Of a DNA stretch of 64,000 bases, positions 1 through 9,938 are shown piece after piece. The stretch lies in assembly GCA_028283245.1 (NCBI GenBank), contig JAPYNU010000006.1:1542-65541 (forward strand), read 5' to 3'. Origin of the DNA: Candidatus Aldehydirespirator catecholifindens. GTDB lineage: Bacteria; Actinomycetota; Acidimicrobiia; Acidimicrobiales; Aldehydirespiratoraceae. Both the position numbers and the translations under genes were made by a program. The number at the start of each line of letters is the position of its first letter. Within the stretch, counting starts at the first letter, position 1. Under the pieces are notes generated by a model, which saw only the letters and a list, made by a program, of their open reading frames with translations, was not told where the DNA came from and made no database searches.

Positions 1-415
1 CCGGTGACACCAGCACACCTATCAGCGCGGCAGCTATGCCAGCACCCGGCAACCAGATCCAGATCGGCAGAGCATGCCCCCAAGTAGTTTCGCCGCTGGT
101 GCCGCCCAGATAAACCGCAGCGCAGGCACCCACCCCCATGAAGAAGGCATGACCCAAAGACACCTGCCCGCCGATGCCGCTCAACAGGTTCAAGCCCAAA
201 GCAGCAATGGCGAACACCAGCATCCGCGACATGATCAACAGCCAGTCGCTGTCGCCCAAGAAACGCACAAAGGGAATGTGGCTAATCACCGGCAAATCAA
301 ACGGCAGCAAAAACAGCACGGCCACAAAAATCGCGAACACGACCTTTTGTGTCCAGGTTGGCAGCAGCTGGCTTTCTTGCTGATACGAGGTATAGAGGTT
401 GGGGCGGCCTAGCAC
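1..415 (-). CDS. Branched-chain amino acid ABC transporter permease (LivM-like), N-terminal part only; the gene runs off the left edge
   Basis: My own minus-strand translation below 415 gives ...LVFAIAALGLNLLSGIGGQVSLGHAFFMGVGA..., the LGLNL..G..G..SLGH signature of Liv permeases. It lies directly downstream of the LivH-like gene. The start (GTG at 415 or an upstream TTG) is uncertain. It is absent from the ORF track because it has no stop inside the window. Confidence 0.6.
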   Translation of the reverse strand, partial: MLGRPNLYTSYQQESQLLPTWTQKVVFAIFVAVLFLLPFDLPVISHIPFVRFLGDSDWLLIMSRMLVFAIAALGLNLLSGIGGQVSLGHAFFMGVGACAAVYLGGTSGETTWGHALPIWIWLPGAGIAAALIGVLVSP

Positions 416-422
416 TGCTGTT

Positions 423-1544
423 TCATACCCTTCGAATCTCGGGGGTGCCAAAGAAGCCGTAGGGACGCACCAGCAACCCGACCAGCATGACTATGTAGGG
501 CACGATCAGCGGGTAACCAGCACCGAGCCACGAGGTGTTGGCTGCGGCGTATTGGCCTGCATAGATCTCGGCCACGCCCACAAGCAGACCGCCGAGGAGA
601 GCGCCGGTCACCGAGTCAAGCCCACCGAGGATTACCGCTGGCAAAGCCCGGAAAGCAATATTGGCGGTTTCTTGATCTACCGAGAGAGTTTGATCAACTG
701 GAGGCTGGGTAGCGAAGATCCCACCGATCGCGGCGAGCACTGCGCCAGCAGCCCAGGCAATCGCAAACACGCGGCCCACATTGATGCCTTGAGCCATGGC
801 CGCTTCCTGATCGAAAGCAACCGCACGCATGGCGATACCAAGACGCGATCGGTAAAAGAAGTAGACCGCCACGAATGCTACGGCCGCGGTGATCATGGCC
901 GCAATGAAGCTCCAGTTGATTAGTTCATCACCCACTGTGAAGCCTTCAAGCCCCCAAGGTGCCTGCAACGACCGAAACTCAATCACCACGGCATCGTTGT
1001 TGAAGACACGAAACATGATTTCTAGGCCCAGAGTGATCACCGCCACCGAGAACAGCGGTTCTCCCACCATGGGACGAATCGCCAGTCGTTCAACAACCAA
1101 ACCGACCGCGGCGGCGAAAGCCAGCGCGATGAACACGCTTAGCACCCAGAAAAGCCAGTCGGGGCCACCAATGGCGTTCAGAGGATTGCTGAGATTGGTG
1201 AAAGGAATCTGTCCATAGCGTTCGGTCTGAATGCTGTCGGCAACGAAGACGCTGCGTTCTGCCACCAGAAACGAAACGAACAGTGCCCCGGTGGCTGCTA
1301 GCGCTCCTTGAGCGAAGTTGACGGTTTGAGTGGCTTTGAAGATCAGCACGAAACCCAGCGCAATCAGTGCGTAGACCGAACCGAGACCCATTGACTTCAT
1401 GAACGTCACAAAGAACAGGTCTGGATCGTTAGCCAACTGCACCAAACCGAAGACCAAAGCTGAGGCCAATGCTCCAAAAAGGAACCCCAGGGGCGCGCCG
1501 CGACGCAGGTCAACGCTTTTGAAATTGGCGGCGGCCGACGCCAT
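423..1544 (-). CDS. Branched-chain amino acid ABC transporter permease (LivH-like)
   Basis: A 373-aa polytopic membrane protein with the Liv-permease pattern (GLGSVYALIALGFVLIF..., TVNFAQGA). Confidence 0.8.
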   Translation of the reverse strand: MASAAANFKSVDLRRGAPLGFLFGALASALVFGLVQLANDPDLFFVTFMKSMGLGSVYALIALGFVLIFKATQTVNFAQGALAATGALFVSFLVAERSVFVADSIQTERYGQIPFTNLSNPLNAIGGPDWLFWVLSVFIALAFAAAVGLVVERLAIRPMVGEPLFSVAVITLGLEIMFRVFNNDAVVIEFRSLQAPWGLEGFTVGDELINWSFIAAMITAAVAFVAVYFFYRSRLGIAMRAVAFDQEAAMAQGINVGRVFAIAWAAGAVLAAIGGIFATQPPVDQTLSVDQETANIAFRALPAVILGGLDSVTGALLGGLLVGVAEIYAGQYAAANTSWLGAGYPLIVPYIVMLVGLLVRPYGFFGTPEIRRV

Positions 1545-3430
1545 CAGTACATCGACTCCACAAGATCGCCAAACATCTCTTCCATAGCGCTGCGCTTCAG
1601 CTTCTGGGTGGCTGTGAGTTCGCCGTCTTCATGATCAAGCTCTTTTGGCAGCATCTTGAATTTTTTGATCTGCTCCACTCGGGCGAACTTGGCGTTGGTC
1701 TCATCAACTACTTTGGAGATCAGATCGATCACTTCTTCTTTTTCTGACAAGTCGCGATAGGTGGTGTATGCGACGTTCTTGCGTTGGGCCCAGTTGCTGA
1801 CCGTTTCGAGTTCGATGCCTATCAGAGCGGTCACGTATTTGCGGCCGTCGCCGATGACCATGGCTTCCTTGACGTACGGCGAGGTCTTGAGGCTGTTTTC
1901 GATCTCTGAAGGCGAGATGTTCTTGCCTCCAGAGGTGATGATGATGTGCTTGATGCGATCAACGATCTTGACATGAGTGCCATCCACCCATTCCCCCACG
2001 TCACCGGTCATCAACCAACCGTCGGAGGTGAAAGTCTCGGCGGTTTGTTGCGGCTTGTTCCAGTAACCGGCGAACACGCCGGGATGCTTGGTCTGAATCT
2101 CACCGGTCGTCTCATCAATACGCAAGCCGATGTCGGCATAGGGCTCACCCACAGTGCCGAGCTTCATACGACCCGCAAAGTTGCATGTAGCCACAGCTGA
2201 ATTCTCGGTCATGCCGTAGAGTTCAAACACCGGCACGCCAATGCCAATGAAGAATTCGAGCACTTCGGGTGCTATAGCTGCTGCGCCCGAGCCTGCATGG
2301 CGACAGCGGCGCAGTCCGATGCGTTCTTTGATGGCACGAAACACCAGCGGCTCGCCGATGGCATTCAGCAGGCGCGTCGTTAGTGTGTGCTTGCCACCGT
2401 TAGCGGCTTTGCGCCTGCCGATGGAAGCCGCAAGCATCAGAGAGAATCGCAGGCAGATCCGCTTGAAGAAAGTGGCATCGTTGCCTCTGATGGTCACCAA
2501 GGCGTGTATTCGCTCCCAGATGCGCGGCACTGCGAAGAACAGCGTTGGCTGCACTTCGCGCAGATTCAAGGTGACCGTCTCAATGGACTCAGCAAAGTTC
2601 AGCGAGGGTCCTGCCCCCACCAACGTCCATGTGGAAAAGATTCGCTCGGCTACGTGACACAGTGGCAGATAAGTGACGATCAGGTCTTTGGGGCTGGGAA
2701 CGACACCGTCGGGAAAGCGCTCATTTTCATTGACGATCTTGTCAATGCAGTAGGCAGCGTTAGCGTTGGTGAGCATGGCTCCTTTGGGTGGCCCTGTGGT
2801 GCCTGAGGTGTAGACCAGCGTCATCACATCGGTGGACTCGGCGGCTTCCATGCGTTGCGTTACTGCTGTCGGGTGAGCTTCGCGATGACGGCGACCCATT
2901 TCAAGGAAGCTGTCCCAGAACAACAGCCGGGGATCGTCGTAGTCGCCGAAGCCACGGGGCTCGGTGAACAATATGCGATTGACTGAAACTGCTGTATCTG
3001 GCGGAACTTCAAGAATCTTGTCAGCTTGTTCTTGATCCTCGGCGAAGAACACCTTGGGGTTGCAGTCGCCTACCAAATACTCCACTTCAGACGTAGGGTT
3101 GGTGGGGTAGAGGCCCACGGTGATGCCCCGCACTGCCACGGTTGCCAGATCCAAAATCACCCATTCAAGGCGGTCTTCAGAATGGATCGCTACTACATCA
3201 CCAACATCAACGCCCAGTTCCAACAAGCCGTGGGCAGCACATTCAATCAGATCCCAAGTTTGCGCCCAAGTGTACTCCTGCCAAACACCGAAGTCCTTCT
3301 CACGCATAGCCACCTGATCAGGGCTGCGATGAGCCCAGTCGCGTGCGAGTGATGCCACCGTGACCACCCCCTGAGAGGCACTTTCAGGCGAGGGCAGTTC
3401 TGAAGCGGTTCGTTGCGCGGTGACTGTCAT
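1544..3430 (-). CDS. Long-chain acyl-CoA synthetase (AMP-forming, FadD15-like)
   Basis: AMP-binding motif LVYTSGTTGPPKGAML; the 628-aa length and the C-terminal TATQKLKR-type tail are typical of long-chain fatty-acid-CoA ligases. Confidence 0.85.
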   Translation of the reverse strand: MTVTAQRTASELPSPESASQGVVTVASLARDWAHRSPDQVAMREKDFGVWQEYTWAQTWDLIECAAHGLLELGVDVGDVVAIHSEDRLEWVILDLATVAVRGITVGLYPTNPTSEVEYLVGDCNPKVFFAEDQEQADKILEVPPDTAVSVNRILFTEPRGFGDYDDPRLLFWDSFLEMGRRHREAHPTAVTQRMEAAESTDVMTLVYTSGTTGPPKGAMLTNANAAYCIDKIVNENERFPDGVVPSPKDLIVTYLPLCHVAERIFSTWTLVGAGPSLNFAESIETVTLNLREVQPTLFFAVPRIWERIHALVTIRGNDATFFKRICLRFSLMLAASIGRRKAANGGKHTLTTRLLNAIGEPLVFRAIKERIGLRRCRHAGSGAAAIAPEVLEFFIGIGVPVFELYGMTENSAVATCNFAGRMKLGTVGEPYADIGLRIDETTGEIQTKHPGVFAGYWNKPQQTAETFTSDGWLMTGDVGEWVDGTHVKIVDRIKHIIITSGGKNISPSEIENSLKTSPYVKEAMVIGDGRKYVTALIGIELETVSNWAQRKNVAYTTYRDLSEKEEVIDLISKVVDETNAKFARVEQIKKFKMLPKELDHEDGELTATQKLKRSAMEEMFGDLVESMY

Positions 3431-3473
3431 GCGGCGCTCTCCTTGATTTTGTGCTTAATCACTTAGTCCACTT

Positions 3474-3495
3474 AATCCAAAGGCAATCCAAAGGC
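3474..3495. repeat. Perfect 11-bp tandem duplication AATCCAAAGGC x2 upstream of the acyl-CoA ligase start
   Basis: Read directly: aatccaaaggc aatccaaaggc, 44-65 nt upstream of the minus-strand start at 3430. Confidence 0.8.
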
Positions 3496-3614
3496 AACTA
3501 GACGAAGTGCGGCAACGTTAGCAAGCTTTTTAGCGCGGCGCGTAATCGCAACACGACTACCGAGCACGGCTACAGCAGTCAGCCGTTAGCAGCCAGCAGG
3601 GTCAACGGATGAGT

Positions 3615-4934
3615 TCAAGTTGAGTTCGTAGCCGCGAGTCGCTGGCGACGGGCGGCATCAGAGGGATCGCCGAGACCTTCGTGGGCGGCCAGTTCGGCTC
3701 GCCCCACCACGAACCAGTGGACTTCATCTGGGCCATCAGCCAGTCGCAACGTGCGCTGATTGGCATACATTCTCGCCAGTGGGGTCCATTGCGAAACCCC
3801 GGCGGCACCATGCATTTGGATCGCGGAGTCGATGATCTGACACACCCTCTCGGGGATCATGGCCTTGACAGCACTCACCCAGATCCGGGCTTCAGCGTTG
3901 CCGAGAGTGTCCATAGCTTTGGCGGCTCTCAGCACCATCAGCCTCATCGCTTCGATCTCAATACGAGCACGAGCGATGATCTCTACGTTGCCGCCGAGTT
4001 GTGCCAGTGGTCGTCCGAAGGCTTCGCGATGGAGGCCACGACGTACCATCAGTTCCAGAGCTTTTTCGGCTGCACCGATGGAACGCATACAATGATGAAT
4101 CCGGCCCGGGCCCAGCCTCATCTGCGAAATCTCGAAACCGCGCCCCTCGCCTAGCAGAACGTTCTTGACTGGCACACGCACATCTTTTAGCCGTATGTGC
4201 ATGTGCCCGTGAGGGGCGTCGTCCTCGCCGAAAACGTGCATCGGACCAAGGATTTCAACACCGGGAGTATCCATCGGCACCAATATCTGCGACTGACGGC
4301 GATGCGGAGGGCCCATTGGATTGGTCTGCACCATGCAGATCATGATCTTGCAGCGGGGATCGCCAGCACCTGAGATGTAAAACTTCTCGCCGTTGATGAC
4401 CCACTCGTCGCCATCAACCACAGCCCCTGCAGCGATGTTCTTGGCATCTGATGAAGCCAGTGTCGGTTCGGTCATGGCGAAACATGATCTGATCTCACCG
4501 GCTAACAGCGGCACCAGCCAGCGCTCCTTCTGATCGGGAGTACCAACACGTTCAAGCACTTCCATATTGCCCGTGTCGGGGGCGCTGCAGTTGAGGCACT
4601 CTGAAGCGATTGGGTTCTTGCCGAGTTCTGCGGCGATATAGGCGTAATCAAGATTGCTGAGACCCTCACCGGTCTCAGAGTCGGGCAAGAAAAAGTTCCA
4701 CAGCTTTGCTTGTCTAGCTTTGGCTTTAAGCTCGTCCAGCAGTTCTAGCTGGCCTTCGCCGTAGCTCCAGCGCTGCTCACGGCCTTCACCGAGGCGGAAG
4801 AACTCTTCGGTAACCGGGGCTATCTCAGAGTCCATGAACTTGATAACGCGGTCAAGCAAAGGTAGGGCTTGCGGCGACATCGCTAAATCAAGACTCGAAG
4901 GATCAAAGTTTCCCAGCAGAGCAGACCGAGACAT
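3615..4934 (-). CDS. Acyl-CoA dehydrogenase (ACAD10/11-like FadE)
   Basis: CFAMTEPTLASSDAKNI (the acyl-CoA dehydrogenase TEP..GSDA signature); 439 aa. Confidence 0.85.
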   Translation of the reverse strand: MSRSALLGNFDPSSLDLAMSPQALPLLDRVIKFMDSEIAPVTEEFFRLGEGREQRWSYGEGQLELLDELKAKARQAKLWNFFLPDSETGEGLSNLDYAYIAAELGKNPIASECLNCSAPDTGNMEVLERVGTPDQKERWLVPLLAGEIRSCFAMTEPTLASSDAKNIAAGAVVDGDEWVINGEKFYISGAGDPRCKIMICMVQTNPMGPPHRRQSQILVPMDTPGVEILGPMHVFGEDDAPHGHMHIRLKDVRVPVKNVLLGEGRGFEISQMRLGPGRIHHCMRSIGAAEKALELMVRRGLHREAFGRPLAQLGGNVEIIARARIEIEAMRLMVLRAAKAMDTLGNAEARIWVSAVKAMIPERVCQIIDSAIQMHGAAGVSQWTPLARMYANQRTLRLADGPDEVHWFVVGRAELAAHEGLGDPSDAARRQRLAATNST

Positions 4935-4974
4935 GATGATGACCCTTCGTGTTTCTATGTTGACTTACCGCTAA

Positions 4975-5184
4975 TCAAAGCGACAACAGCGATGCTAGAG
5001 CCCACAGCGCCGCCAGCAAACCGATAACGGCGTAGACGATGCTGCGCAGCAGCGGTGCTCGGTCTAAATCATCTGGGTCGCGACGCTGAGTTCGCGGTCG
5101 CAAAATTGCGGCGAGGTTGCCAGCGGCCATGGATGCTCCCAGAGCCAACACCAGCCACGCCAGCAGGTTTTGGCCTAGAAACAT
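4975..5184 (-). CDS. Small two-helix membrane protein, hypothetical
   Basis: A 69-aa ORF with two hydrophobic helices separated by a charged RPRTQRRDPDD loop. It fits the gap after dnaB on the same strand. No recognisable family. Confidence 0.4.
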   Translation of the reverse strand: MFLGQNLLAWLVLALGASMAAGNLAAILRPRTQRRDPDDLDRAPLLRSIVYAVIGLLAALWALASLLSL

Positions 5185-5193
5185 TGCCGCTGA

Positions 5194-6597
5194 TCAGGGG
5201 GTCGAATTGGAAAAGTTAGCGAACTTGGTGAACCGCGAAAGGAACGTGAGTTCGGTGGTGGCCGTGGGGCCGTTGCGGTTCTTGGCGACAATCACTTCGG
5301 CTATGCCCATTGTGGCCGTGTCATCAGGATTGTAGATCTCGTCACGGTAGATGAACATCACTACGTCGGCGTCTTGCTCAATAGCACCAGACTCTCGCAG
5401 ATCAGCAAGAATCGGGCGCTTGTTCTGGCGCATCTCTAGATTGCGTGACAGCTGCGACAACGCCACGACTGGGCATTGCAATTCACGCGCCAGGATTTTC
5501 AAGCCACGAGAGATTTCGGCCACTTCCACTTGACGGTTATCGGCGCTTTGCCGACCGGTCATCAGCTGAAGATAGTCAACTACCACCATCGCCAGATCCC
5601 CGACCTGGCTTTTAAGTCTGCGAGCGCGAGCACGGATTTCCATGACTGTGACGTTGGGATTGTCATCAATCCACATGGGTGCTTCAGCGAGCTGACCCAT
5701 AGCAGCAGTGATCGCGGTCCAGTCTTGGTCGCTGAGACTTCCGTCGCGCATCTTGCTTGAATCAATACGAGCTTCAGAGCAAAGCAGGCGCTGGGTTAGT
5801 TCCATATGGCCCATCTCAAGTGAGAACACCAGCACCGGCCGGCGCTCATGGATAGCGGCGTGCGCGGCCATGCCCAAAGCAAACGAGGTCTTGCCCATGG
5901 ACGGCCTAGCCCCGACCACATACAACGACGAGGCTTGCAAGCCTGACAGTAGTTTGTCGAGATCGGCGTAGCCGGTGGCGGTGCCTGTCAATGAATCGCC
6001 GCGCTCATACAACTCTTCAAGACGGTCAAGAGTGCTGTCAAGCAAATCCGAAAGCTGAGCCGTGTTATCGCCAACCTGGCCCTGAGCCACCTGATACATC
6101 AGGTTCTCAGCGGAGTCGACGGCTTTGGTGACATCGTCGGGACGGCTGTATCCAAGTTCTGCGATCTCCCCCGCCACCTCAATGAGACGACGCAGTGTGT
6201 GATGCTCTTGGACGATCCGGGCGTAGTAGACCGCGTTGGATGTAGCTGGGGTGTTCATCTGCAACCCCAGCAGACCGTCAAGGCCCCCGATCGTGTCAAG
6301 TTTGCCGTTGCGCTCGAGAGCCTCGGCCACGGTCACGGCATCGGCCGGTTCGCCGATGCTGTATAGCTGATGCACCGCTTCGAACACGTCGGCGTGCGTC
6401 CGACGGTAGAAGTGCTCTGCTTTGACTATTTCGAGCACGTCGGCAATGGCATCTCGAGACAGCAGCATCGCTCCCAGAAGGGATTCCTCGGCCGACAAGC
6501 TGTGCGGCGGGATGCGCTCAGTTGGGTGTTGCCGGGAGGAGGCGGCAGAACCGGTGGTGCCAGTGCCGTAACGCTCAGCGATGTCGGTGACGGTCAT
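5194..6597 (-). CDS. dnaB: Replicative DNA helicase DnaB
   Basis: PHSLSAEESLLGAMLL N-terminal motif, Walker A GARPSMGKTSFAL, and the C-terminal RNGPT motif; 467 aa, no intein. Confidence 0.95.
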   Translation of the reverse strand: MTVTDIAERYGTGTTGSAASSRQHPTERIPPHSLSAEESLLGAMLLSRDAIADVLEIVKAEHFYRRTHADVFEAVHQLYSIGEPADAVTVAEALERNGKLDTIGGLDGLLGLQMNTPATSNAVYYARIVQEHHTLRRLIEVAGEIAELGYSRPDDVTKAVDSAENLMYQVAQGQVGDNTAQLSDLLDSTLDRLEELYERGDSLTGTATGYADLDKLLSGLQASSLYVVGARPSMGKTSFALGMAAHAAIHERRPVLVFSLEMGHMELTQRLLCSEARIDSSKMRDGSLSDQDWTAITAAMGQLAEAPMWIDDNPNVTVMEIRARARRLKSQVGDLAMVVVDYLQLMTGRQSADNRQVEVAEISRGLKILARELQCPVVALSQLSRNLEMRQNKRPILADLRESGAIEQDADVVMFIYRDEIYNPDDTATMGIAEVIVAKNRNGPTATTELTFLSRFTKFANFSNSTP

Positions 6598-6872
6598 AAC
6601 TGCTGCTGCTGGATGAACTGCTGCTGCATGAGTCTGCTACCTACCTGCCAAGGCACTCGTGTGGGGCTCTGCGTTCAGCTCAAATCAACGAAGATGAAAG
6701 CTGGGCGCGGCAACACTAACTCACACCTATGACAATTATGGCTGCTTGCTGGGGAGAGCTTTGGGGAAATCCTCTGGACATACGGGGATTTCTTAGCAGC
6801 AGATGTGCAAACGCTGTGGGCAGTCCAAGCAAGGCCTTTATGGAGTGCCATTCGGACTTATGAGACGGTCGT

Positions 6873-7322
6873 TCAGGCTTGGGGTGTCACCTCAACGGTG
6901 ACCGGCACGACCACATCTTCATGCAAGCGCAACATCACGGTGTGCGCACCGACCTCGCGCAAGGGCGACTCAAGAGCCACCACTGAACTGTCAAGTCTGA
7001 CACCCACCTGCTCAGCGGCCGCAGCCACGACATCAGCAGGCCCAACCGATCCGTAAAGATGCCCCGAGTCAGCGGCGCGTGCCGACACCGTCAAAGTTGT
7101 CGGTGCCAAACGAACCCCGATCGCTTCAGCGTCTGCTCGGTCGGCTGCTCTTTGCATTGCAGCGCTGCGACGCATCGCCTCAGCTTGACGGATCACTCCT
7201 GGCGAAGCCTGCAGCGCAAAACCTTTAGGCACTAGATAGTTGCGGGCATAACCTGCGCTTACTTCACAGATATCACCTTTGCGACCCAAGCCTTCAAAGT
7301 CATCACGCAGCACTACCTTCAT
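6873..7322 (-). CDS. rplI: 50S ribosomal protein L9
   Basis: [36 protein letters not shown] is the canonical L9 N-terminus. ATGA overlap with rpsR. Confidence 0.9.
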   Translation of the reverse strand: MKVVLRDDFEGLGRKGDICEVSAGYARNYLVPKGFALQASPGVIRQAEAMRRSAAMQRAADRADAEAIGVRLAPTTLTVSARAADSGHLYGSVGPADVVAAAAEQVGVRLDSSVVALESPLREVGAHTVMLRLHEDVVVPVTVEVTPQA

Positions 7323-7816
7323 GGGTGAACTCCTGCCGTGGAGTCTGCTGACTGTGAGTCGGACTCGTCGCTCACCGGCAGCTCTGCATCCGAAGGATCG
7401 TGTAATTCGACTGCCTCACTAGCTCCATTATCTGCGGAGCCCTCCGCTTGATCGAACTCGTCAAGGTCGCTGCCCGGCGGCAACGACGACGGCAGTGGTG
7501 CCGGGCCATCAGCGCGAGGGCGACCGTCTCGTTCCTTCATTTGGCGTTGCGTGGTGACTTTGGTGCCATAGGGAACCAGTGCCATTTCGCGAGCCAACTT
7601 GATGGCATCAGCAACGAGCTTCTGCTGTTGAGCACTGTTACCTGTGACGCGGCGCGCTCGGATTTTGGCTCGTTCAGACATGAACTTGCGCAACAGCTTT
7701 TCGTTCTTCCAGTCGACGTAGTCGATTCCTTCGGTGGTGAGAAAGCTGATCTTCTTTTTTACGCGACGCGTAACTTCACGAGTCTTGGCACGCGCTTTTT
7801 TCTTGCTCTTGGGCAC
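7319..7816 (-). CDS. rpsR: 30S ribosomal protein S18 with an ~80-aa acidic C-terminal extension
   Basis: S18 core [29 protein letters not shown]...REMALVPY in residues 1-84. The reading frame then continues to residue 165 (D/E/S-rich). Confidence 0.85.
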   Translation of the reverse strand: MPKSKKKARAKTREVTRRVKKKISFLTTEGIDYVDWKNEKLLRKFMSERAKIRARRVTGNSAQQQKLVADAIKLAREMALVPYGTKVTTQRQMKERDGRPRADGPAPLPSSLPPGSDLDEFDQAEGSADNGASEAVELHDPSDAELPVSDESDSQSADSTAGVHP

Positions 7817-7843
7817 TGGCTTTTTGTCTCCTTGAGCTGATGC

Positions 7844-8305
7844 CTAAAAGGGCTCGTCGTCTCGATCGGCGCTGGCTGCGGGAGTGTTGGAACGTTGGGG
7901 GGGCGCAGACCTTGAACCTGAATCGTTGCGGCTGCCACCGAAGTCACCGCCTGAGGAGCGCTCGTTCCTGCTGATCTCGGCTGTGGCCCACTTGAGGCTG
8001 GGTGCCACATCGTCAGCGAGTATCTCCACTTTGGAGCGCCTGTCTCCGCCGTCGGTCTGCCAGCTGCGCTGTTGAAGGGTGCCGTAGATCACCACTCTTG
8101 AGCCTTTGCGAATTGACTCAGCAACATTCTCGGCGAGCTGGCGGAAGCAGGTCACGTCAAAGAACGAAACTTCGTCCTCTTGTTCTTGGCGCCTGCGATT
8201 CCAGGCCACTCCAAACTGGGCGATGGCCATGCCCGCCTGCGAAAAACGCAGCTCGGGGTCTCTTGTGACGTTGCCCACAACAGTCACCGTATTGTCAAAT
8301 CCCAT
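7844..8305 (-). CDS. ssb: Single-stranded DNA-binding protein
   Basis: OB-fold N-terminus NTVTVVGNVTRDPELRF, a Gly/Ser-rich linker, and an acidic C-terminal tip DDEPF. Confidence 0.9.
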   Translation of the reverse strand: MGFDNTVTVVGNVTRDPELRFSQAGMAIAQFGVAWNRRRQEQEDEVSFFDVTCFRQLAENVAESIRKGSRVVIYGTLQQRSWQTDGGDRRSKVEILADDVAPSLKWATAEISRNERSSGGDFGGSRNDSGSRSAPPQRSNTPAASADRDDEPF

Positions 8306-8323
8306 TTGGGGAACCTCCGAATC

Positions 8324-8668
8324 TCAGCTGGCATCAGCCAGCGTGGCTTGCCCGAGAAGTCCGCGGCGTTGAGCCTCGGCTTCGGGAAGCCTGAACAATT
8401 TATGGCGGACTATGTCGTCCGCGAGCCGGAGTCGCCGTTCCGTGTCAGGGAGACCTGCTGTTTCGGTCACGATTTCCCAGACCACATACGTGCCTTCGGT
8501 TTTGTGATTGATTTTGTAGGCGAACTTGCGTCGGCCCCAGTTGTCCGTGGAGGAAATCGTTCCCCCCTCATCGGTGATGAGGTCAGCAACTCGGTTAATC
8601 ACCGAATCAACGTCAGCCGTGCCGACATCAGAGTCAATGATGATCATTAGTTCGTAGGCCCTTTGCAT
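8324..8668 (-). CDS. rpsF: 30S ribosomal protein S6
   Basis: MQRAYELMIIIDSD... matches the S6 N-terminus. The start is moved to the internal ATG at 8668, which has a GAGAGG Shine-Dalgarno upstream. The track ORF (to 8752) carries 28 non-homologous residues. Confidence 0.85.
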   Translation of the reverse strand: MQRAYELMIIIDSDVGTADVDSVINRVADLITDEGGTISSTDNWGRRKFAYKINHKTEGTYVVWEIVTETAGLPDTERRLRLADDIVRHKLFRLPEAEAQRRGLLGQATLADAS

Positions 8669-8956
8669 GGGCGAGCACCTCTCTGTGGACCCAGCATTGA
8701 GCCGGGGCCCCTTGCGGGGCAGGTTCGGTGTGGTTACAACACGGATTGACATTCAAGCTGATCCGGCTATGAGTCAATTGGCGTTGTGCTGCGCAGGCTA
8801 CCGGTTAACCGATTGAACCCAACACCGAGGCAAGCTTTTCCCCAGTTCTCCCCAATAATCCACAACTCTGCCCACAGCCGTGAGCCGCCAATCCAAGGAC
8901 CGATCCGCTCGTTTAACTCGCTGAGCAACTCATTGAACCGCTCGTTTGCTCGACCT

Positions 8957-9802
8957 CTAGGGGTTGATCACGCCTAGTTCGGCTGCTTCTTCGGCTGGGA
9001 GTTGATAGGACTCCTGCTCTGAAGGGAAGACACCTGAGCGAACGTCTCCAGCGAAACGCTCAACCGCCTCCTTGGCACTATGGTGCAGTTGCGCGTAGCG
9101 GCGCACAAATTTCGGGTTCAGTTGCTGTTCAAAGCCGAGCAGATCATGAAAGACGAGCACTTGGCCATCACAGACAGGCCCGGCACCGATGCCGATGGTG
9201 GGGATTTCGATCGCTTCGGTCACCAGTTCGGCGACCTGCACCGGCACTCCCTCCAAAACAATCGCATAACAGCCTGCGTGAGTCAACGATTTAGCAGCTT
9301 GCACTAGACGACGGGCGGCTTCGGCGGTTCGGCCCTGCACCTTGAATCCGCCCATGACATGCGTGGACTGTGGCGTGAGGCCGATATGCCCCATCACTGG
9401 AATCTCAGCAGCGGTGATGCATTCGATCATCGGCAGGCGCTTGCGGCCGCCTTCTAGCTTCACCGACTGAGCACCGCAGCGAATCAGCCGAGCCGCATTA
9501 CGAACCGTTTCTGAAGGTGAAACGTGATAGCTCATCCAGGGCAGATCAGCCACGATGTGAGCCGTCGGCTTAGTCCTAGCCACAGCGGCGACGTGGTGAG
9601 CCATGTCATCAACGGTCACCTGCAAAGTGTTGTCGTAGCCGAGAACCGCCATGGCTACCGAATCTCCGACCAGGATGAGATCAACACCCGCCTCATCAAC
9701 GATTCGGGCGCTGGGCGCGTCGTAGGCCGTGACCATCACCAACCGGTCGGTGCCATTGCAGGCTTTGCGGGCACGTATTGCAGGCGCAGACAGATCAACC
9801 AT
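8957..9802 (-). CDS. panB: 3-methyl-2-oxobutanoate hydroxymethyltransferase
   Basis: LVMVTAYD, LVGDS and VKLEGG motifs. ATG at 9802 is preceded by AAGGAG. Confidence 0.9.
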   Translation of the reverse strand: MVDLSAPAIRARKACNGTDRLVMVTAYDAPSARIVDEAGVDLILVGDSVAMAVLGYDNTLQVTVDDMAHHVAAVARTKPTAHIVADLPWMSYHVSPSETVRNAARLIRCGAQSVKLEGGRKRLPMIECITAAEIPVMGHIGLTPQSTHVMGGFKVQGRTAEAARRLVQAAKSLTHAGCYAIVLEGVPVQVAELVTEAIEIPTIGIGAGPVCDGQVLVFHDLLGFEQQLNPKFVRRYAQLHHSAKEAVERFAGDVRSGVFPSEQESYQLPAEEAAELGVINP

Positions 9803-9938
9803 CTGTAACTCCTTTCCCGTCCAGCGCACAACGGCTGCCAGCGGTGCAGCCGATATTAACTTCTGGAACTGCCTCAGCGCAAGTTTCGCTCAATTGCTGT
9901 AACAGCCTCGCCGCAACAGCCTCAAAAGATTTTGAGGG

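Noticed and set aside
399-923. Long plus-strand ORFs overlapping the Liv permease genes. The same pattern recurs across the window, for example 38487-39101, 40118-40795, 32969-33442, 34345-34818, 43102-43587 and 58242-58628.
   Set aside because: They are antisense shadow ORFs of well-supported genes, Arg/Ser/Cys/Pro-rich with no motifs. This is typical of moderately GC-rich genomes.
6764-6790. The inverted repeat GAAATCC-N13-GGATTTC in the rplI-dnaB spacer, considered as a terminator or regulatory hairpin.
   Set aside because: The stem is 7 bp with no U-tail on the transcribed (minus) strand. I have no supporting evidence.
8856-8864. A single DnaA-box-like TAATCCACA upstream of the rpsF-ssb-rpsR-rplI operon.
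   Set aside because: An isolated 9-mer with one mismatch is expected by chance at roughly this frequency in 64 kb.
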